The notes: generated by a model not told the origin, from the letters alone. A stretch of 46,662 nucleotides of DNA from Gammaproteobacteria bacterium (GCA_047517145.1 JAKZTI010000073.1:1-46662), one strand, 5' to 3'. Shown: positions 19,014 through 30,210, numbered from the stretch's first letter. Numbers and translations: made by a program.

Positions 19014-20798
19014 TTACTTCTTGCGTTTAGGAATAAATAGGTCAGTAATCGTCCCTTCAAAGACTTCAGCAGCAAAACCAATCGTTTCCGAGAGTGTCGG
19101 GTGCGGATGTATGGTGAGTCCGATGTCTTCGGCATCGGCACCCATTTCAATGGCCAGAGCACATTCTGCAATGAGATCACCGGCATTGGGACCAACAATC
19201 CCGGCACCGATAATCCGGTTGGTTTCTTTTTCAAATAATACTTTGGTGAGACCGTCATCCCGGCCTAAAGATAAGGAACGTCCACTGGCAGCCCAGGGGA
19301 ATGACCCTTTGCCATAGTCGATGCCTTTCTCTTTAGCTTCTGTTTCCGTGACGCCGACCCAGGCAACTTCTGGATCCGTATAGGCAACCGAGGGGATCAC
19401 ACGATTATCAAAACCGACCTTTAAGCCAGTGATAACCTCAGCGGCAATCTTGCCCTCATGCGAGGCTTTGTGTGCCAGCATGGGCTCACCGACAATATCT
19501 CCAATAGCAAAAATATTTTGAACATTGGTCCTTTGTTGATCATCGACAAGAATAAAGCCCTGTTCGCTGACATTCACCCCGGCATTTTCTGCACCTATCT
19601 TTAATCCGTTGGGCCGTCTGCCAACGGATAATAATATTGCATCGAACCGTTCAGATTTTGGCGCTTTTTTACCGTCGTAAGAAACCTCCAGATGATTCTT
19701 TGCTGCCTTGATTTTTGTGACGGCTGTACTGAGGTATATATTTTCATAGAGTTTTGTAATACGTTTTTGCAAGGGTCGAATAATATCCTTGTCACACTCG
19801 GAAATTAATACATCGAGCATTTCAACAACAGTAATCTTTGAACCGAGGGCTTCGTATACCGTGGCCATCTCCAGGCCAATCACGCCACCGCCTATAACCA
19901 ATAAGCGTTTAGGTATTTCATCAAGCAACAAGGCGCCTGTGGAATCCATGATACGTGGATCGTCCGGGAAAGAAGGAATACTGGCGGGTTGAGAGCCTGC
20001 CGCGATGATGGCATGTTCAAAAGAAACTGTTGTTTTACTCGTGCCATTATCTACTTCGATCATGTTCGGCGAAATAAATTTACCTGTGCCATGCACCACT
20101 TTTACTTTACGTTGTTTGGCCATGGCCTTCAGACCGGTGGTCAATTTATTAACGATATTAGTGGCAAACTCTCGAACAGATTTTATATCAACGTTCGATG
20201 TGCCCAGATCAATCCCTTGTTCTTTAAGTTCATCAACTTCTGAAATGACTTTGGCAATATGTAACAGAGCCTTGGAAGGGATACAGCCCACATTCAGACA
20301 GACACCACCCAGTGTTTCATAACGTTCAATGAGTATGGTTTGTTTGCCAAGATCAGCTGCACGAAACGCTGCGGTATAACCGCCAGGGCCACCACCGAGT
20401 ACGACAACTTCACAATGCTTATCACCTTTATCGATATTCGTATTTATTGCTTGAGGTTCTTCATTGCTTGCAGGCGCATCTTCAGGTGCGTTTGTGCCTT
20501 CAGTAGCTGACTCGGCTTGCGGCGTCTCTTTTGTTTCTACCTCACCGTCTTGTTTTCCTTCAACTTCCATGGTCAAAATTAAATCACCCTGTGAAACCTT
20601 GTCGCCGACCTTGGTGGATACACTTTTAATTGTGCCACTATATGGGGAAGGGATATCGATGGTGGCCTTGTCACTCTCCAGAGTAATCAGCGTATCTTCC
20701 TGTTGTATGTTGTCACCAACATTCACTGGAACTTCAATAACCTCAACGGCTTCAAAATCACCAATATCGGGAACCAGAACTTCTTTAATATCAGGCAT
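19014..20798 (-). CDS. lpdA: Dihydrolipoyl dehydrogenase with N-terminal lipoyl domain
   Basis: LESDKA, GGGPGGY, GGVCLNVGCIPSK and HPHPTLSE motifs. Confidence 0.96.
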   Translation of the reverse strand: MPDIKEVLVPDIGDFEAVEVIEVPVNVGDNIQQEDTLITLESDKATIDIPSPYSGTIKSVSTKVGDKVSQGDLILTMEVEGKQDGEVETKETPQAESATEGTNAPEDAPASNEEPQAINTNIDKGDKHCEVVVLGGGPGGYTAAFRAADLGKQTILIERYETLGGVCLNVGCIPSKALLHIAKVISEVDELKEQGIDLGTSNVDIKSVREFATNIVNKLTTGLKAMAKQRKVKVVHGTGKFISPNMIEVDNGTSKTTVSFEHAIIAAGSQPASIPSFPDDPRIMDSTGALLLDEIPKRLLVIGGGVIGLEMATVYEALGSKITVVEMLDVLISECDKDIIRPLQKRITKLYENIYLSTAVTKIKAAKNHLEVSYDGKKAPKSERFDAILLSVGRRPNGLKIGAENAGVNVSEQGFILVDDQQRTNVQNIFAIGDIVGEPMLAHKASHEGKIAAEVITGLKVGFDNRVIPSVAYTDPEVAWVGVTETEAKEKGIDYGKGSFPWAASGRSLSLGRDDGLTKVLFEKETNRIIGAGIVGPNAGDLIAECALAIEMGADAEDIGLTIHPHPTLSETIGFAAEVFEGTITDLFIPKRKK

Positions 20799-20804
20799 GA
20801 TGAT

Positions 20805-22109
20805 TTATAAGAGTATGTGACGAATGTCAGTCAGAATGGTACTGAGAAATTGTGTGAATTTAGCAGCAGCAACGCCATCAATAACACGATGATCATATGA
20901 CAATGCATAAGGCATTATCAAACGCGGAACAAATGCTCCATTCTCATAAACTGGCTTCACGGCGGATCGTGAGACACCCAGGATGGCGACCTCAGGCGCG
21001 TTAACGATAGGTGTAAAGGCCGTGCCACCGATACCACCAAGACTGGATATGGTGAAACACCCTCCCTGCATGTCAGCAGGACTTAGCTTGCCCTCCTGTG
21101 CCTTACTACTAAGCTGGCTGATTTCATCTGCGATTTCAAACAAGCCTTTCTTGTCGGCATCTTTAATAACAGGCACGACAAGACCATTCTTGGTATTCAC
21201 TGCGACACCGATATGAAAATATTTTTTGATAACCAGGTTTTCACCATCTGATGTAATGGAAGAATTAAACTCTGGAAACTTCTGTAGGGCAACAACCACA
21301 GCTTTTACCAGAAAGGTCACTAAAGTAAGTTTGACACCTTCGGCCTTTGCCGATTCCAGTTTAGATTTTCTGAATTCTTCAAGATCAGAAATATCGGCTT
21401 CATCGAATTGTGTAACATGAGGCACGGTGATCCAGCTGCGATGTAAGGCCTGACCACCAAGACGTTTAAGTCTACTGAGTGGCTGCATTTCGGTTTGTCC
21501 AAATTTGGAAAAATCAACCGGTGGAATTTCAGGAAAACCAAAACTACCGCTACCGCCTAATTTATTTCCAGACAACATGCTTTTGGTGAAGGCTTTAATG
21601 TCTTCTTTGAGAATGCGGCCCTTGGGGCCTTTGCCATAGACCAGTCCAAGATCAACACCAAGTTCTCTGGCAAAGCGACGTACTGAAGGGCTGGCATGAG
21701 CTTTTTCAGAACGGCTACCACCCACGACCTGTGAACTTTCCAAGATAGCCGGAGCTGGTTTGGGTGTTGTCTGTACGGGTTCTGCAGGTGCTGTTGGTTC
21801 TGAAGTCTCGTTTTTAGATTCAGGTTGTGTCTCTGCAACAGGCTTTTCTGCTGCTGAAGTATCTGATTTAGACTCATCCATCAGCAGTATCGGTGTGCCC
21901 TTTGAGATTGAATCTCCAACATTAACTAAAACTTTGGTAACTTTGCCTGCAGCAGGGGATGGAATATCCATGGTGGCCTTATCACTTTCCAGTGTGATGA
22001 TAGTGTCTTCTACATTAATGTTATCGCCGATATTCACCGCTACTTCAATGACATCGACGGTGTCGAAGTCTCCAATATCCGGGAGCGTGATTTCTTTGGA
22101 GTTAGCCAT
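20805..22109 (-). CDS. aceF: Pyruvate dehydrogenase E2 (single lipoyl domain)
   Basis: [18 protein letters not shown] and YDHRVIDG motifs. Confidence 0.96.
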   Translation of the reverse strand: MANSKEITLPDIGDFDTVDVIEVAVNIGDNINVEDTIITLESDKATMDIPSPAAGKVTKVLVNVGDSISKGTPILLMDESKSDTSAAEKPVAETQPESKNETSEPTAPAEPVQTTPKPAPAILESSQVVGGSRSEKAHASPSVRRFARELGVDLGLVYGKGPKGRILKEDIKAFTKSMLSGNKLGGSGSFGFPEIPPVDFSKFGQTEMQPLSRLKRLGGQALHRSWITVPHVTQFDEADISDLEEFRKSKLESAKAEGVKLTLVTFLVKAVVVALQKFPEFNSSITSDGENLVIKKYFHIGVAVNTKNGLVVPVIKDADKKGLFEIADEISQLSSKAQEGKLSPADMQGGCFTISSLGGIGGTAFTPIVNAPEVAILGVSRSAVKPVYENGAFVPRLIMPYALSYDHRVIDGVAAAKFTQFLSTILTDIRHILL

Positions 22110-22110
22110 G

Positions 22111-24780
22111 TTAAACCGTTACAGGGTTTGGTTTCTCTGGATCGATGCCATATTTCTTGATCGCCTCTGACACTTTTGCCACGGGAATCAAACCATCATC
22201 AGCCAGTGCTTTTAATGCAGCAACGGTCACATAATAACGATCTACTTCGAAGAATTTCCTCAATTTGACTCGGGTATCACTGCGACCGTAACCATCCGTG
22301 CCTAATACGACATAACGACCCGGTACGAACTCTCTGATCTGATCGGCATGTACTTTCATATAATCTGTCGATGCAATCACAGGGCAATCAGCACCTAGCA
22401 GCGAAGAAGTAACATAAGACGTCTTTGGCTTTTTCTTAGGATGTAACATATTCCATCGTTGAACATCCAGTCCGTCTCGACGCAATTCATTGAAGCTGGT
22501 TACGCTCCAGATATCCGAGGCCACACCAAAATCTTTTTTAAGCAGTTCTGCTGCAGCAATGACTTCGCGCAGGATGGTGCCCGAGCCAAGCAGTTTTACC
22601 TTAAGTTTTTTCTTGCCACCTGGCTTAAGCAGGTACATGCCTTTAAGGATGCCCTCTTCGGCCATGTCTGGCATCGGTGGATGCTGGTAATTTTCATTCA
22701 TGACCGTAATGTAATAGAAGATATCTTCACAATCCTGATACATGCGCTTCAGGCCATCCTGAATAATAACTACAAGCTCATAGGCATAAGTCGGATCATA
22801 AGAAACACAGTTTGGAATAGTCGATGCCTGCACATGGCTATGACCATCCTGATGTTGTAAGCCTTCACCATTTAAAGTGGTTCTACCTGCGGTGCCACCG
22901 AGAAGAAAACCCCTGGAACGCATGTCACCACCGGCCCAGGCCAGATCGCCAATGCGTTGGAAGCCGAACATGGAGTAATAAATATAAAAAGGAATCATGT
23001 GTATGCCATTATTCTTATAGGAAGTTGCTGCAGCAATCCATGATGAATAAGCACCAGCTTCATTGAGTCCTTCTTCGAGGATCTGGCCTTTGATATCTTC
23101 GCGGTAATACATGACCTGATCTTGATCAACTGGTTCATAGAGCTGTCCAACAGATGAATATATACCCAACTGTCTGAACATGCCTTCCATGCCAAAGGTG
23201 CGTGCTTCATCCGGGACGATGGGGACAATATTTTTGCCGATGTTTTTATCTTTCAGTAGTGCATTGAGAATACGAACAAAAGACATGGTCGTAGAAATTT
23301 CTCTTTCACCGGTACCATCTAATAATTTTTGATGAATATCCATGCCTGGTATTTCAAGCGGCGGTAGCGGTTCCCGTTTACGGAAGAAATAACCACCTAA
23401 TGCCTCGCGATGTTCTCTGAGATATTTGAGTTCTTCGCTATCTTCCGGTGGACGATAATAGGGTGCATCTGCAATTTCTTCATCGGAGACAGGGATATTG
23501 AAACGATCACGAAATTGTTTAAGGGCCTTCTCGCCCATTTTTTTCTGTTGATGACTGACGTTCTGACCTTCACCCGCTTCACCCATGCCATAACCTTTGA
23601 CAGTTTTCGCGAGAATCACTGTCGGCTGGCCTTTGTGTTTCATTGCGGCGGCATAAGCTGCGTATACCTTGTGCGGATCGTGTCCACCACGATTGAGTCG
23701 CCAGATATCATCATCCGTCATGTTGGCGACCATGGCTTTTAATTCAGGATATTTACCAAAGAAGTTTTCTCTGACATAAGCACCATCGTTGGCCTTATAG
23801 GCTTGATATTCTCCATCGACAACTTCTTCCATACGTTTATAAAGCAGGCCACTGGTATCACGTGCAATCAGTGGATCCCAGTAGGAACCCCAGATGACCT
23901 TGATGACATTCCAGCCTGCACCACGAAATGTCCCTTCCAGTTCCTGAATGATCTTGCCATTGCCGCGTACCGGGCCATCCAGTCGTTGCAGATTACAATT
24001 GACAACAAAGATCAGGTTATCGAGATTTTCGCGCGCAGCAAGACCAATGGCCCCCATTGATTCTGGTTCGTCGGTTTCACCATCACCAATAAAGGCCCAG
24101 ACTTTACGATTACTCGGTTCTTTTAAACCTCGGTTTTCCAGATAGCGCATAAATCGTGCCTGGTAGATGGCCATGATCGGCCCAAGTCCCATGGAGACCG
24201 TTGGGAATTGCCAGTAATCCGGCATCAGCCAGGGATGAGGATAAGATGACAAACCCTCGCCATCGACTTCCTGACGAAAGTTGTTCATTTGATTTTCGGT
24301 AATTCTGCCCGTCAAAAAAGCACGTGAATAAATTCCCGGTGCGGAATGGCCCTGAACAAACAGCATATCGCCACCATGATCTTTACTTGGGGCATGGAAG
24401 AAATGATTGAAACCAACATCGTATAAGGTTGCGGATGAGGCGAAGCTTGAAATATGTCCGCCCAAATCTCCCGTTTTACGATTTGCCTGAACAACCATGG
24501 CCATGGCATTCCACCGCACAATAGATCGTATACGCCACTCAATCGCAGGGTCACCTGGTGATTGCTCTTCTTTAGCAGGCGGGATGGTATTGAGATAAGC
24601 CGTATTTGCAGAATAGGGAAGATAGGCACCGGACTTACGTGCCTTGGCGATCAGCTGTTCAAGAATAAAATGGGCACGTTCGACCCCTTCACGTTCAAGA
24701 ATGGACTCCAGTGCTTCGAGCCATTCATGCGTCTCTTGCTGATCAATATCTTTTTGTTCTTCTGTCATGATCTGGCCCAC
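22111..24780 (-). CDS. aceE: Pyruvate dehydrogenase E1, homodimeric (start may be 24768)
   Basis: [24 protein letters not shown] and GEGLQH motifs. Confidence 0.97.
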   Translation of the reverse strand: MGQIMTEEQKDIDQQETHEWLEALESILEREGVERAHFILEQLIAKARKSGAYLPYSANTAYLNTIPPAKEEQSPGDPAIEWRIRSIVRWNAMAMVVQANRKTGDLGGHISSFASSATLYDVGFNHFFHAPSKDHGGDMLFVQGHSAPGIYSRAFLTGRITENQMNNFRQEVDGEGLSSYPHPWLMPDYWQFPTVSMGLGPIMAIYQARFMRYLENRGLKEPSNRKVWAFIGDGETDEPESMGAIGLAARENLDNLIFVVNCNLQRLDGPVRGNGKIIQELEGTFRGAGWNVIKVIWGSYWDPLIARDTSGLLYKRMEEVVDGEYQAYKANDGAYVRENFFGKYPELKAMVANMTDDDIWRLNRGGHDPHKVYAAYAAAMKHKGQPTVILAKTVKGYGMGEAGEGQNVSHQQKKMGEKALKQFRDRFNIPVSDEEIADAPYYRPPEDSEELKYLREHREALGGYFFRKREPLPPLEIPGMDIHQKLLDGTGEREISTTMSFVRILNALLKDKNIGKNIVPIVPDEARTFGMEGMFRQLGIYSSVGQLYEPVDQDQVMYYREDIKGQILEEGLNEAGAYSSWIAAATSYKNNGIHMIPFYIYYSMFGFQRIGDLAWAGGDMRSRGFLLGGTAGRTTLNGEGLQHQDGHSHVQASTIPNCVSYDPTYAYELVVIIQDGLKRMYQDCEDIFYYITVMNENYQHPPMPDMAEEGILKGMYLLKPGGKKKLKVKLLGSGTILREVIAAAELLKKDFGVASDIWSVTSFNELRRDGLDVQRWNMLHPKKKPKTSYVTSSLLGADCPVIASTDYMKVHADQIREFVPGRYVVLGTDGYGRSDTRVKLRKFFEVDRYYVTVAALKALADDGLIPVAKVSEAIKKYGIDPEKPNPVTV

Positions 24781-24906
24781 CCATGTTGGTGTCCTTAATA
24801 AGGTACATTCTAGAATTATTTTGAGTAAATGTAGAGAAAATTAGCTTGATATAGATACAATGGCATCATCTTTCAAACTAAACAATGCAATCAGGGGAAG
24901 TATTCA

Positions 24907-26376
24907 ATGCAAGTGAAATTGCGCCAAAACAAAGCGACTGTAAAAAAGCTGAATATCGATAAAGTTTCCAACTGGATCTTGATGTTTCCTGAGAAAATCA
25001 ATCAATATCACCCTTATGCATCTGTATTTACGGCAAGAAGAAAGGCAACAGGAAGTAAAAAAACAGAAACAAGCCCGGTTGTCTGTGATTTACCGAATAA
25101 ACAGGCAAGTCATGTTGCATTGGCCTGTATCAAAGAAGACATCTCAAGTTTTGCATTACTGAGCCTGGCAAGAAAACTGGTTGCTGAACACGATGCCTAT
25201 GAGGCAAAAGAAATTGGTGTCTCGGTTGCAGGTTTTGATGAAGCACAGACTGAAAGAATTACTGAAGCAATCATTGCTGCCATTCTTACAGCCTCAGCAG
25301 AGATGCCCAGTTTTAAAAGTAAGAAGAAACAATCAGAAAAACTTTCCAGGATAATTATCTATGGGCTCAAAAAGTCTCATGGCTTTAAACGCACCTTTGC
25401 AGAAGCAGAAGGTAATGCCCTGGCACGTTCATTGAGTATGTTGCCATCGAATAAATTAACACCGTCTATATATTTAAAACGGATTAAGCAACTGGCGAAA
25501 GACAATAAATGGAAACTGGAATTCTATGACACTAAAGCGTTACAGAAGAAAAAGGCAGGCGCTTTCCTGGCGGTATCGCAGGGTAGCCCAACAGCTGATG
25601 CAGGCATCGTCAGATTACAGTACCAACCGAAAACCAAAACACGCAAAGGGAAATTAACACTGGTCGGTAAAGGTATTTGTTACGACACCGGAGGAACAAA
25701 TCTAAAGCCCGCTAATTACATGTTTGGTATGCACGAAGATATGCAGGGTAGTGCGGTTGCATTGGGGACATTTTTGGCACTGACACGAATGAAAGTGAAT
25801 TATCCTGTTGAGTGTTGGCTGGCATTGGCAATGAATCATATTGGACCTAAAGCCTATAAACCCAATGATGTCGTCACCGCATCCGATGGTACTACGATAG
25901 AAATTGTGCATACCGATGCAGAAGGCCGCATGGTCCTGGCCGATACACTGGCAATGGCCTCGAAATTAAAACCCAAGCTGATAATAGATTACGCAACATT
26001 AACTGGCGCCTGCATATATTCATTAGGTACGGCTTACAGTGGTGCCTTCACCAATAAAGAAGAATTGATTCCAACCCTGCTTGAAGCAGGCAAGGACAGT
26101 GGCGAACGCGTCTGGTCTTTCCCAATGGACGAAGATTTTGACAAGGCCATAGAGAGTGATATCGCCGATGTTAAACAATGTTCTCTGGAAGCAGGCATGG
26201 ATCATATCCTCGCATCAAGATTCCTTCAGCGCTTTGTGAAGAATGACACGCCCTGGGTACATATCGATTTGTCCAGTAGTAATCGTAAAGGTGGTCTCGC
26301 ACATATCCCTACAGATACCACAGGCTTTGGTATTCGTTTCACACTCAATTTTTTACTAGATAAAAAAATGATGTGA
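24907..26376 (+). CDS. M17 leucyl aminopeptidase family protein
   Basis: LVGKGICYDTGG, LKP, EDMQG, HTDAEGR and ATLTGA motifs. Confidence 0.9.
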   Translation: MQVKLRQNKATVKKLNIDKVSNWILMFPEKINQYHPYASVFTARRKATGSKKTETSPVVCDLPNKQASHVALACIKEDISSFALLSLARKLVAEHDAYEAKEIGVSVAGFDEAQTERITEAIIAAILTASAEMPSFKSKKKQSEKLSRIIIYGLKKSHGFKRTFAEAEGNALARSLSMLPSNKLTPSIYLKRIKQLAKDNKWKLEFYDTKALQKKKAGAFLAVSQGSPTADAGIVRLQYQPKTKTRKGKLTLVGKGICYDTGGTNLKPANYMFGMHEDMQGSAVALGTFLALTRMKVNYPVECWLALAMNHIGPKAYKPNDVVTASDGTTIEIVHTDAEGRMVLADTLAMASKLKPKLIIDYATLTGACIYSLGTAYSGAFTNKEELIPTLLEAGKDSGERVWSFPMDEDFDKAIESDIADVKQCSLEAGMDHILASRFLQRFVKNDTPWVHIDLSSSNRKGGLAHIPTDTTGFGIRFTLNFLLDKKMM

Positions 26377-26412
26377 TTCGATCTGCCAACTAAAAAACTA
26401 TAAGGAAATAAA

Positions 26413-27204
26413 ATGGCCGGTGGAATGATAAAAAACTTTAGAGTCGTAATTCTACTCTATATATTGCTCATGGTGGGTCTATCATCTATATGGGCAAGGG
26501 AACGTAGTACCGACTGGGACGCCCCTCTGGTAGTTGCAATCTATCCCATCAACGGTGATGGTAGAGAGGCAACTACAAAGTATATTAGACAGCTTGATAA
26601 GGACACCTTCACAGGCATTGAAGATTTTTTTAGTCGTGAAGCAGAACGCTATCAGCTCGTTATTAAGAAACCTGTTGATATTGATCTGGCGAAACAGATT
26701 CGTGAGTTGCCTCCAAAACCACCTGGAAACAATGCATCAGTACCGTCCATCATGGCCTGGAGTCTGAAGATGCGTTACTGGTCGTGGAACATAGACAATT
26801 ACGACTATCCAAAAGATATACAGGTATTCGTTATCTATTTCGATCCGAAAATACACAAGAGTGTTGCACATTCACTTGGACTGCAAAAAGGATTGATTGG
26901 TGTGGTCAATGCATTTGCAGACAAGAAAATGTCTAAACAAAACAATATCGTTATTGCCCATGAAATTCTCCACACTGTAGGGGCGTCAGATAAATACGAT
27001 CCCCGAACAAATCAGCCTTTATTCCCCATTGGTTTTGCAGAACCAGACAAGGAACCTTCATTGCCTCAAAAGAAAGCAGAAATCATGGCTGGTCGTATTC
27101 CTGTAGACGTAAACAAGACAGAGCCGCCCAAGAGTTTAAAGAAAGTACTGGTGGGTGAAACTACTGCAACAGAAATACGATGGGTCGGTATAGACAGCAA
27201 ATAA
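26413..27204 (+). CDS. Membrane-anchored conserved protein with HEXXH motif
   Basis: N-terminal TM segment; AHEILHTVGASDKY. Confidence 0.65.
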   Translation: MAGGMIKNFRVVILLYILLMVGLSSIWARERSTDWDAPLVVAIYPINGDGREATTKYIRQLDKDTFTGIEDFFSREAERYQLVIKKPVDIDLAKQIRELPPKPPGNNASVPSIMAWSLKMRYWSWNIDNYDYPKDIQVFVIYFDPKIHKSVAHSLGLQKGLIGVVNAFADKKMSKQNNIVIAHEILHTVGASDKYDPRTNQPLFPIGFAEPDKEPSLPQKKAEIMAGRIPVDVNKTEPPKSLKKVLVGETTATEIRWVGIDSK

Positions 27205-27206
27205 GC

Positions 27207-27566
27207 ATGAAAAAACTGATAGCTCTATTTTTTTTGAAAATCATATTAATATCCCCTGTTATTGCCAGTGAGGCCGATGTGATAGATGCAGAAGTGAAGC
27301 AGGAAGATGACGGCAGCTATTCCTTTAACGTGACCGTGCAACATGCAGATGAGGGCTGGAATCATTACGTTGATCACTGGTTAATACTGGATAAGAATGA
27401 ACAAGTCATCGCAGCGCGAAAATTAGCGCATCCCCATATCAAAGAACAACCATTCACTCGCAATCTTTCATATATAGAAATACAAGATGAAGTTACAGAA
27501 GTGATTATTCGTGCGCATTGTTCAGTGGATAATTATTCCGGCAAAGATATGACGCTCAAGCTATGA
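27207..27566 (+). CDS. Secreted His-rich conserved protein, putative metal binding
   Basis: Signal peptide MKKLIALFF...; HADEGWNHY, LAHPH, EQPFTR and RAHC motifs. Confidence 0.7.
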   Translation: MKKLIALFFLKIILISPVIASEADVIDAEVKQEDDGSYSFNVTVQHADEGWNHYVDHWLILDKNEQVIAARKLAHPHIKEQPFTRNLSYIEIQDEVTEVIIRAHCSVDNYSGKDMTLKL

Positions 27567-27579
27567 AGCAGGAAAAATC

Positions 27580-28044
27580 ATGAATAATAACGATGTCTTA
27601 CGCCGAATACGTTATGTCTTTGATTTTGGCGATTCGAAAATGATTGCCATCTTTGCCAAAGCTGATCATGAAGTTACGCGAGGACAGGTCAGTGATTGGC
27701 TGAAGAAAGACGATGACCCTGCATATCAGGAATGTAGTGATACTCAACTGGCGATCTTTCTCAATGGTTTGATCAATGATAAACGAGGCAAAAGAGAAGG
27801 GGCACAGCCAGAACCTGAGAAACAATTAAACAACAACATTATATTTATGAAGCTGAAGATTGCATTAAATCTCAAGGCTGAAGATGTACTGGAGCTCTTG
27901 GAGCTGGCTGAATTTCGAATCAGCAAACACGAATTAAGCGCCTTCTTCCGTAAGCCCGGTCACAAACACTACCGAGAATGCAAAGATCAGATCTTGCGAA
28001 ATTTCCTACAGGGGATGCAACTAAAATACCGTAGCAATATTTAA
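27580..28044 (+). CDS. DUF1456 (YehS-like) protein
   Basis: NNDVLRRIRY, FLNGLI..KRG and SKHELSAFFRK..HKHYRECKDQ motifs. Confidence 0.88.
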   Translation: MNNNDVLRRIRYVFDFGDSKMIAIFAKADHEVTRGQVSDWLKKDDDPAYQECSDTQLAIFLNGLINDKRGKREGAQPEPEKQLNNNIIFMKLKIALNLKAEDVLELLELAEFRISKHELSAFFRKPGHKHYRECKDQILRNFLQGMQLKYRSNI

Positions 28045-28079
28045 TCGCTTATTTAGATTAATATCGCCTATCAATATTT

Positions 28080-28400
28080 TTATAGTGAATTCTCAGCCCG
28101 GGCAATGCCGCAATTCCAGCAACTGGTGAACTGGCCTTCTATTTTCTCTCCACATTTGCATATCCATGAAGTGCGATATTCAGTCGACTCCTTTAATAAA
28201 TCTTCGACAATACTGTTTGCGCGATCATAATCTTGATCTGCCATGACCCAAACCTCAGGCCAGCACTCAATCGGTGGTATTTCACCCATGCCACCAGACA
28301 GACTCAGATTTTTTATCATGCAATCTATCCCTTCTTCTTCAAGGATATCCTTAATGCGTTCTGTCATCAGGCCATGTTCGGCAGCATAGACTCTTTTCAT
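28080..28400 (-). CDS. DUF2007 protein with C-terminal Cys ribbon
   Basis: LEEEGI, GEIPPIECWPEVWV and WICKCGE..EGQFTSCWNCG motifs. Confidence 0.8.
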   Translation of the reverse strand: MKRVYAAEHGLMTERIKDILEEEGIDCMIKNLSLSGGMGEIPPIECWPEVWVMADQDYDRANSIVEDLLKESTEYRTSWICKCGEKIEGQFTSCWNCGIARAENSL

Positions 28401-28409
28401 GGTAATTAT

Positions 28410-29174
28410 TTAACGACTCTTTAGTTCTTCCAGTGTTTCAGTAGCTGCCTTGATGACAAACAGGGTATCAACACCTACCGTAATCAAAGTAAAACCATTC
28501 TCCATCGCTGGTTTGACCGCACTCGCATTAACGCCAAAGTATCCAAGCTTGATATTTGCAGCTTTGCACACATCAGCAACCCGATTAATGGCTTCCTGAA
28601 CTTCAGGATGATTGACCTCGCCAATCCTGCCGAGACTGGCAGACAGATCATAAGGACCGATGAGGATGGCATCGAGTCTGGGCACCTTCACAATATCCTC
28701 TATGTTATCTATCGCCGCACGACTTTCAGCTTGTAAGATAACTGCGGTTTCATCATTGGCATTTTTGATTGTATTTTCAAAATCCAGACCATAAGTATGC
28801 GCGCGTCCGATACCAACACCACGGTTACCTACAGGAGAATATTTACATTTATTGATAATCTGCTCGGCCTGTTCTGCAGTATGCACCTGTGGAACGATAA
28901 TTCCGGCAGCACCAATGTCTAGGGCCTTCTTGATCCAGACGTCATCTCCTGCAGGGACACGAATGACACAGGGTGTTTCTCCAGCAGCCTGTAACATTGA
29001 TTGAGTTTGTTGCGGGTTAAACGCGCCGTGTTCGGCATCGATGAATAACCAGTCATAGTCTATATAAGAAAGAATCTCTGCAATTTCCGGAGAATTTAAA
29101 CTGATTAAAGTTCCGATAAGCAAATCACCGTTACGGAGTCGTTCCGTAAATGCCTTGTTATTTTTCATTGCCAT
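28410..29174 (-). CDS. HpcH/HpaI aldolase family protein
   Basis: DWLFIDAEHG, KKALDIGA, GNRG and IGPYDLS motifs. Confidence 0.9.
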   Translation of the reverse strand: MAMKNNKAFTERLRNGDLLIGTLISLNSPEIAEILSYIDYDWLFIDAEHGAFNPQQTQSMLQAAGETPCVIRVPAGDDVWIKKALDIGAAGIIVPQVHTAEQAEQIINKCKYSPVGNRGVGIGRAHTYGLDFENTIKNANDETAVILQAESRAAIDNIEDIVKVPRLDAILIGPYDLSASLGRIGEVNHPEVQEAINRVADVCKAANIKLGYFGVNASAVKPAMENGFTLITVGVDTLFVIKAATETLEELKSR

Positions 29175-29235
29175 GCCTCATCATCGTCGACAGCAGTCTT
29201 TATAGTTCTTACATATAATAACATTATCTATTTAT

Positions 29236-29366
29236 GGAACCTCTGGCTAAGCCCAAAAATACATTAAGTCGTCATTCTGGCGCATGCCAGAATCTAGTCA
29301 AAACAATAACTTACTGGATGCTGGTATTCACCAGCATGACGGAGTGCGTACTTGATCAGAGATTCC
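29236..29366. mobile_element. Putative IS5-like MITE carrying a REP doublet
   Basis: Ends GGAACCTCTGGCTAAG and (reverse complement) GGAATCTCTGATCAAG, 12/16 identical; flanks TTAT/TTAG. Confidence 0.5.
29270..29341. repeat. Inverted doublet of CGTC-type REP palindromes
   Basis: CGTCATtctggcgcatgccagaATCTAG ... CTGGATgctggtattcaccagcATGACG; the right unit is nearly identical to the unit at 15738-15766 (reverse complement). Confidence 0.78.
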
Positions 29367-29393
29367 TTAGATAGAATCTTTTACAGTGTGCAG

Positions 29394-29762
29394 ATGTTAA
29401 AAATACTCAAAGCAAAAGGGCGAGAGCTTAAGTCTAATGTTTTCCTCCTTTATCGAAGCTCAAGAGATCCGCGCATGCCCTTGCATGTAAAGATACTGGC
29501 CTTGTTGATTGTCGCCTACATTATTAGCCCGATAGATATTATTCCTGACTTTATCCCCGTGCTGGGCTTGCTGGATGAAGTGATACTGGTACCTATATTC
29601 CTGAAATTTACAGTGGGCCTTATCCCGGATGAAATCAGGCAGGAATATCAACAGCAGGATGTATTAAAGATCGAAGACCGGGGCCTGGCAGTAATGGGCA
29701 GTGTCATGGTGCTGCTTATCTGGAGCGTGCTAATTGTTTTGTGTGTATACGCTTTTGTCTAA
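29394..29762 (+). CDS. DUF1232/YkvA family membrane protein
   Basis: DPRMP..K and AYIISPIDIIPDFIPVLGLLDE motifs. The ATG at 29394 is preferred because the TTG at 29352 lies inside the MITE. Confidence 0.88.
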   Translation: MLKILKAKGRELKSNVFLLYRSSRDPRMPLHVKILALLIVAYIISPIDIIPDFIPVLGLLDEVILVPIFLKFTVGLIPDEIRQEYQQQDVLKIEDRGLAVMGSVMVLLIWSVLIVLCVYAFV

Positions 29763-29775
29763 CGTCTATGTTTTC

Positions 29776-30162
29776 TTATTTTTTATGTTTTCTTAGACGT
29801 TCATTACCTGGCTTTCTTACAGGTTCTTCTGTAAGGATATCAAATATTGATCTATCGGAGCTCTCTTCTTCGGCTGTTTCCTTCTTGGCAGGTTCAATAG
29901 CAGCAACGGCCTGTTGATTATCCGTCTGATTAAATTGTGTCCTGCAGGTACTGGTAGCCAGTTTTACAATCTTATTGGACTGTATTGAGTCCATGTCTGT
30001 GTAAATCTCAGATTTTAATTGATTGACCAAAGAGACGGCTTGTCTCAAACATGCATTATCAATTCGATTTTTAGTATTTTCAGAGGTCTCAGCATAAAGG
30101 TTTACTGAAAGCAGTAATAATGTGCCTGGTATCGAATAATGAACGACGCTAATTAATTTCAT
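29776..30162 (-). CDS. Hypothetical secreted protein
   Basis: Signal-like N-terminus, two Cys, C-terminal KPGNERL; co-oriented with upstream genes. Confidence 0.6.
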   Translation of the reverse strand: MKLISVVHYSIPGTLLLLSVNLYAETSENTKNRIDNACLRQAVSLVNQLKSEIYTDMDSIQSNKIVKLATSTCRTQFNQTDNQQAVAAIEPAKKETAEEESSDRSIFDILTEEPVRKPGNERLRKHKK

Positions 30163-30210
30163 AATGATATTTACTCTGAATGCCCCGTTTGAGTATGTCT
30201 GTTATAAAAT

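Noticed and set aside
18992-24798. Many short ORFs overlapping aceE/aceF/lpdA
   Set aside because: Antisense or off-frame shadows of conserved genes with no recognisable motifs.
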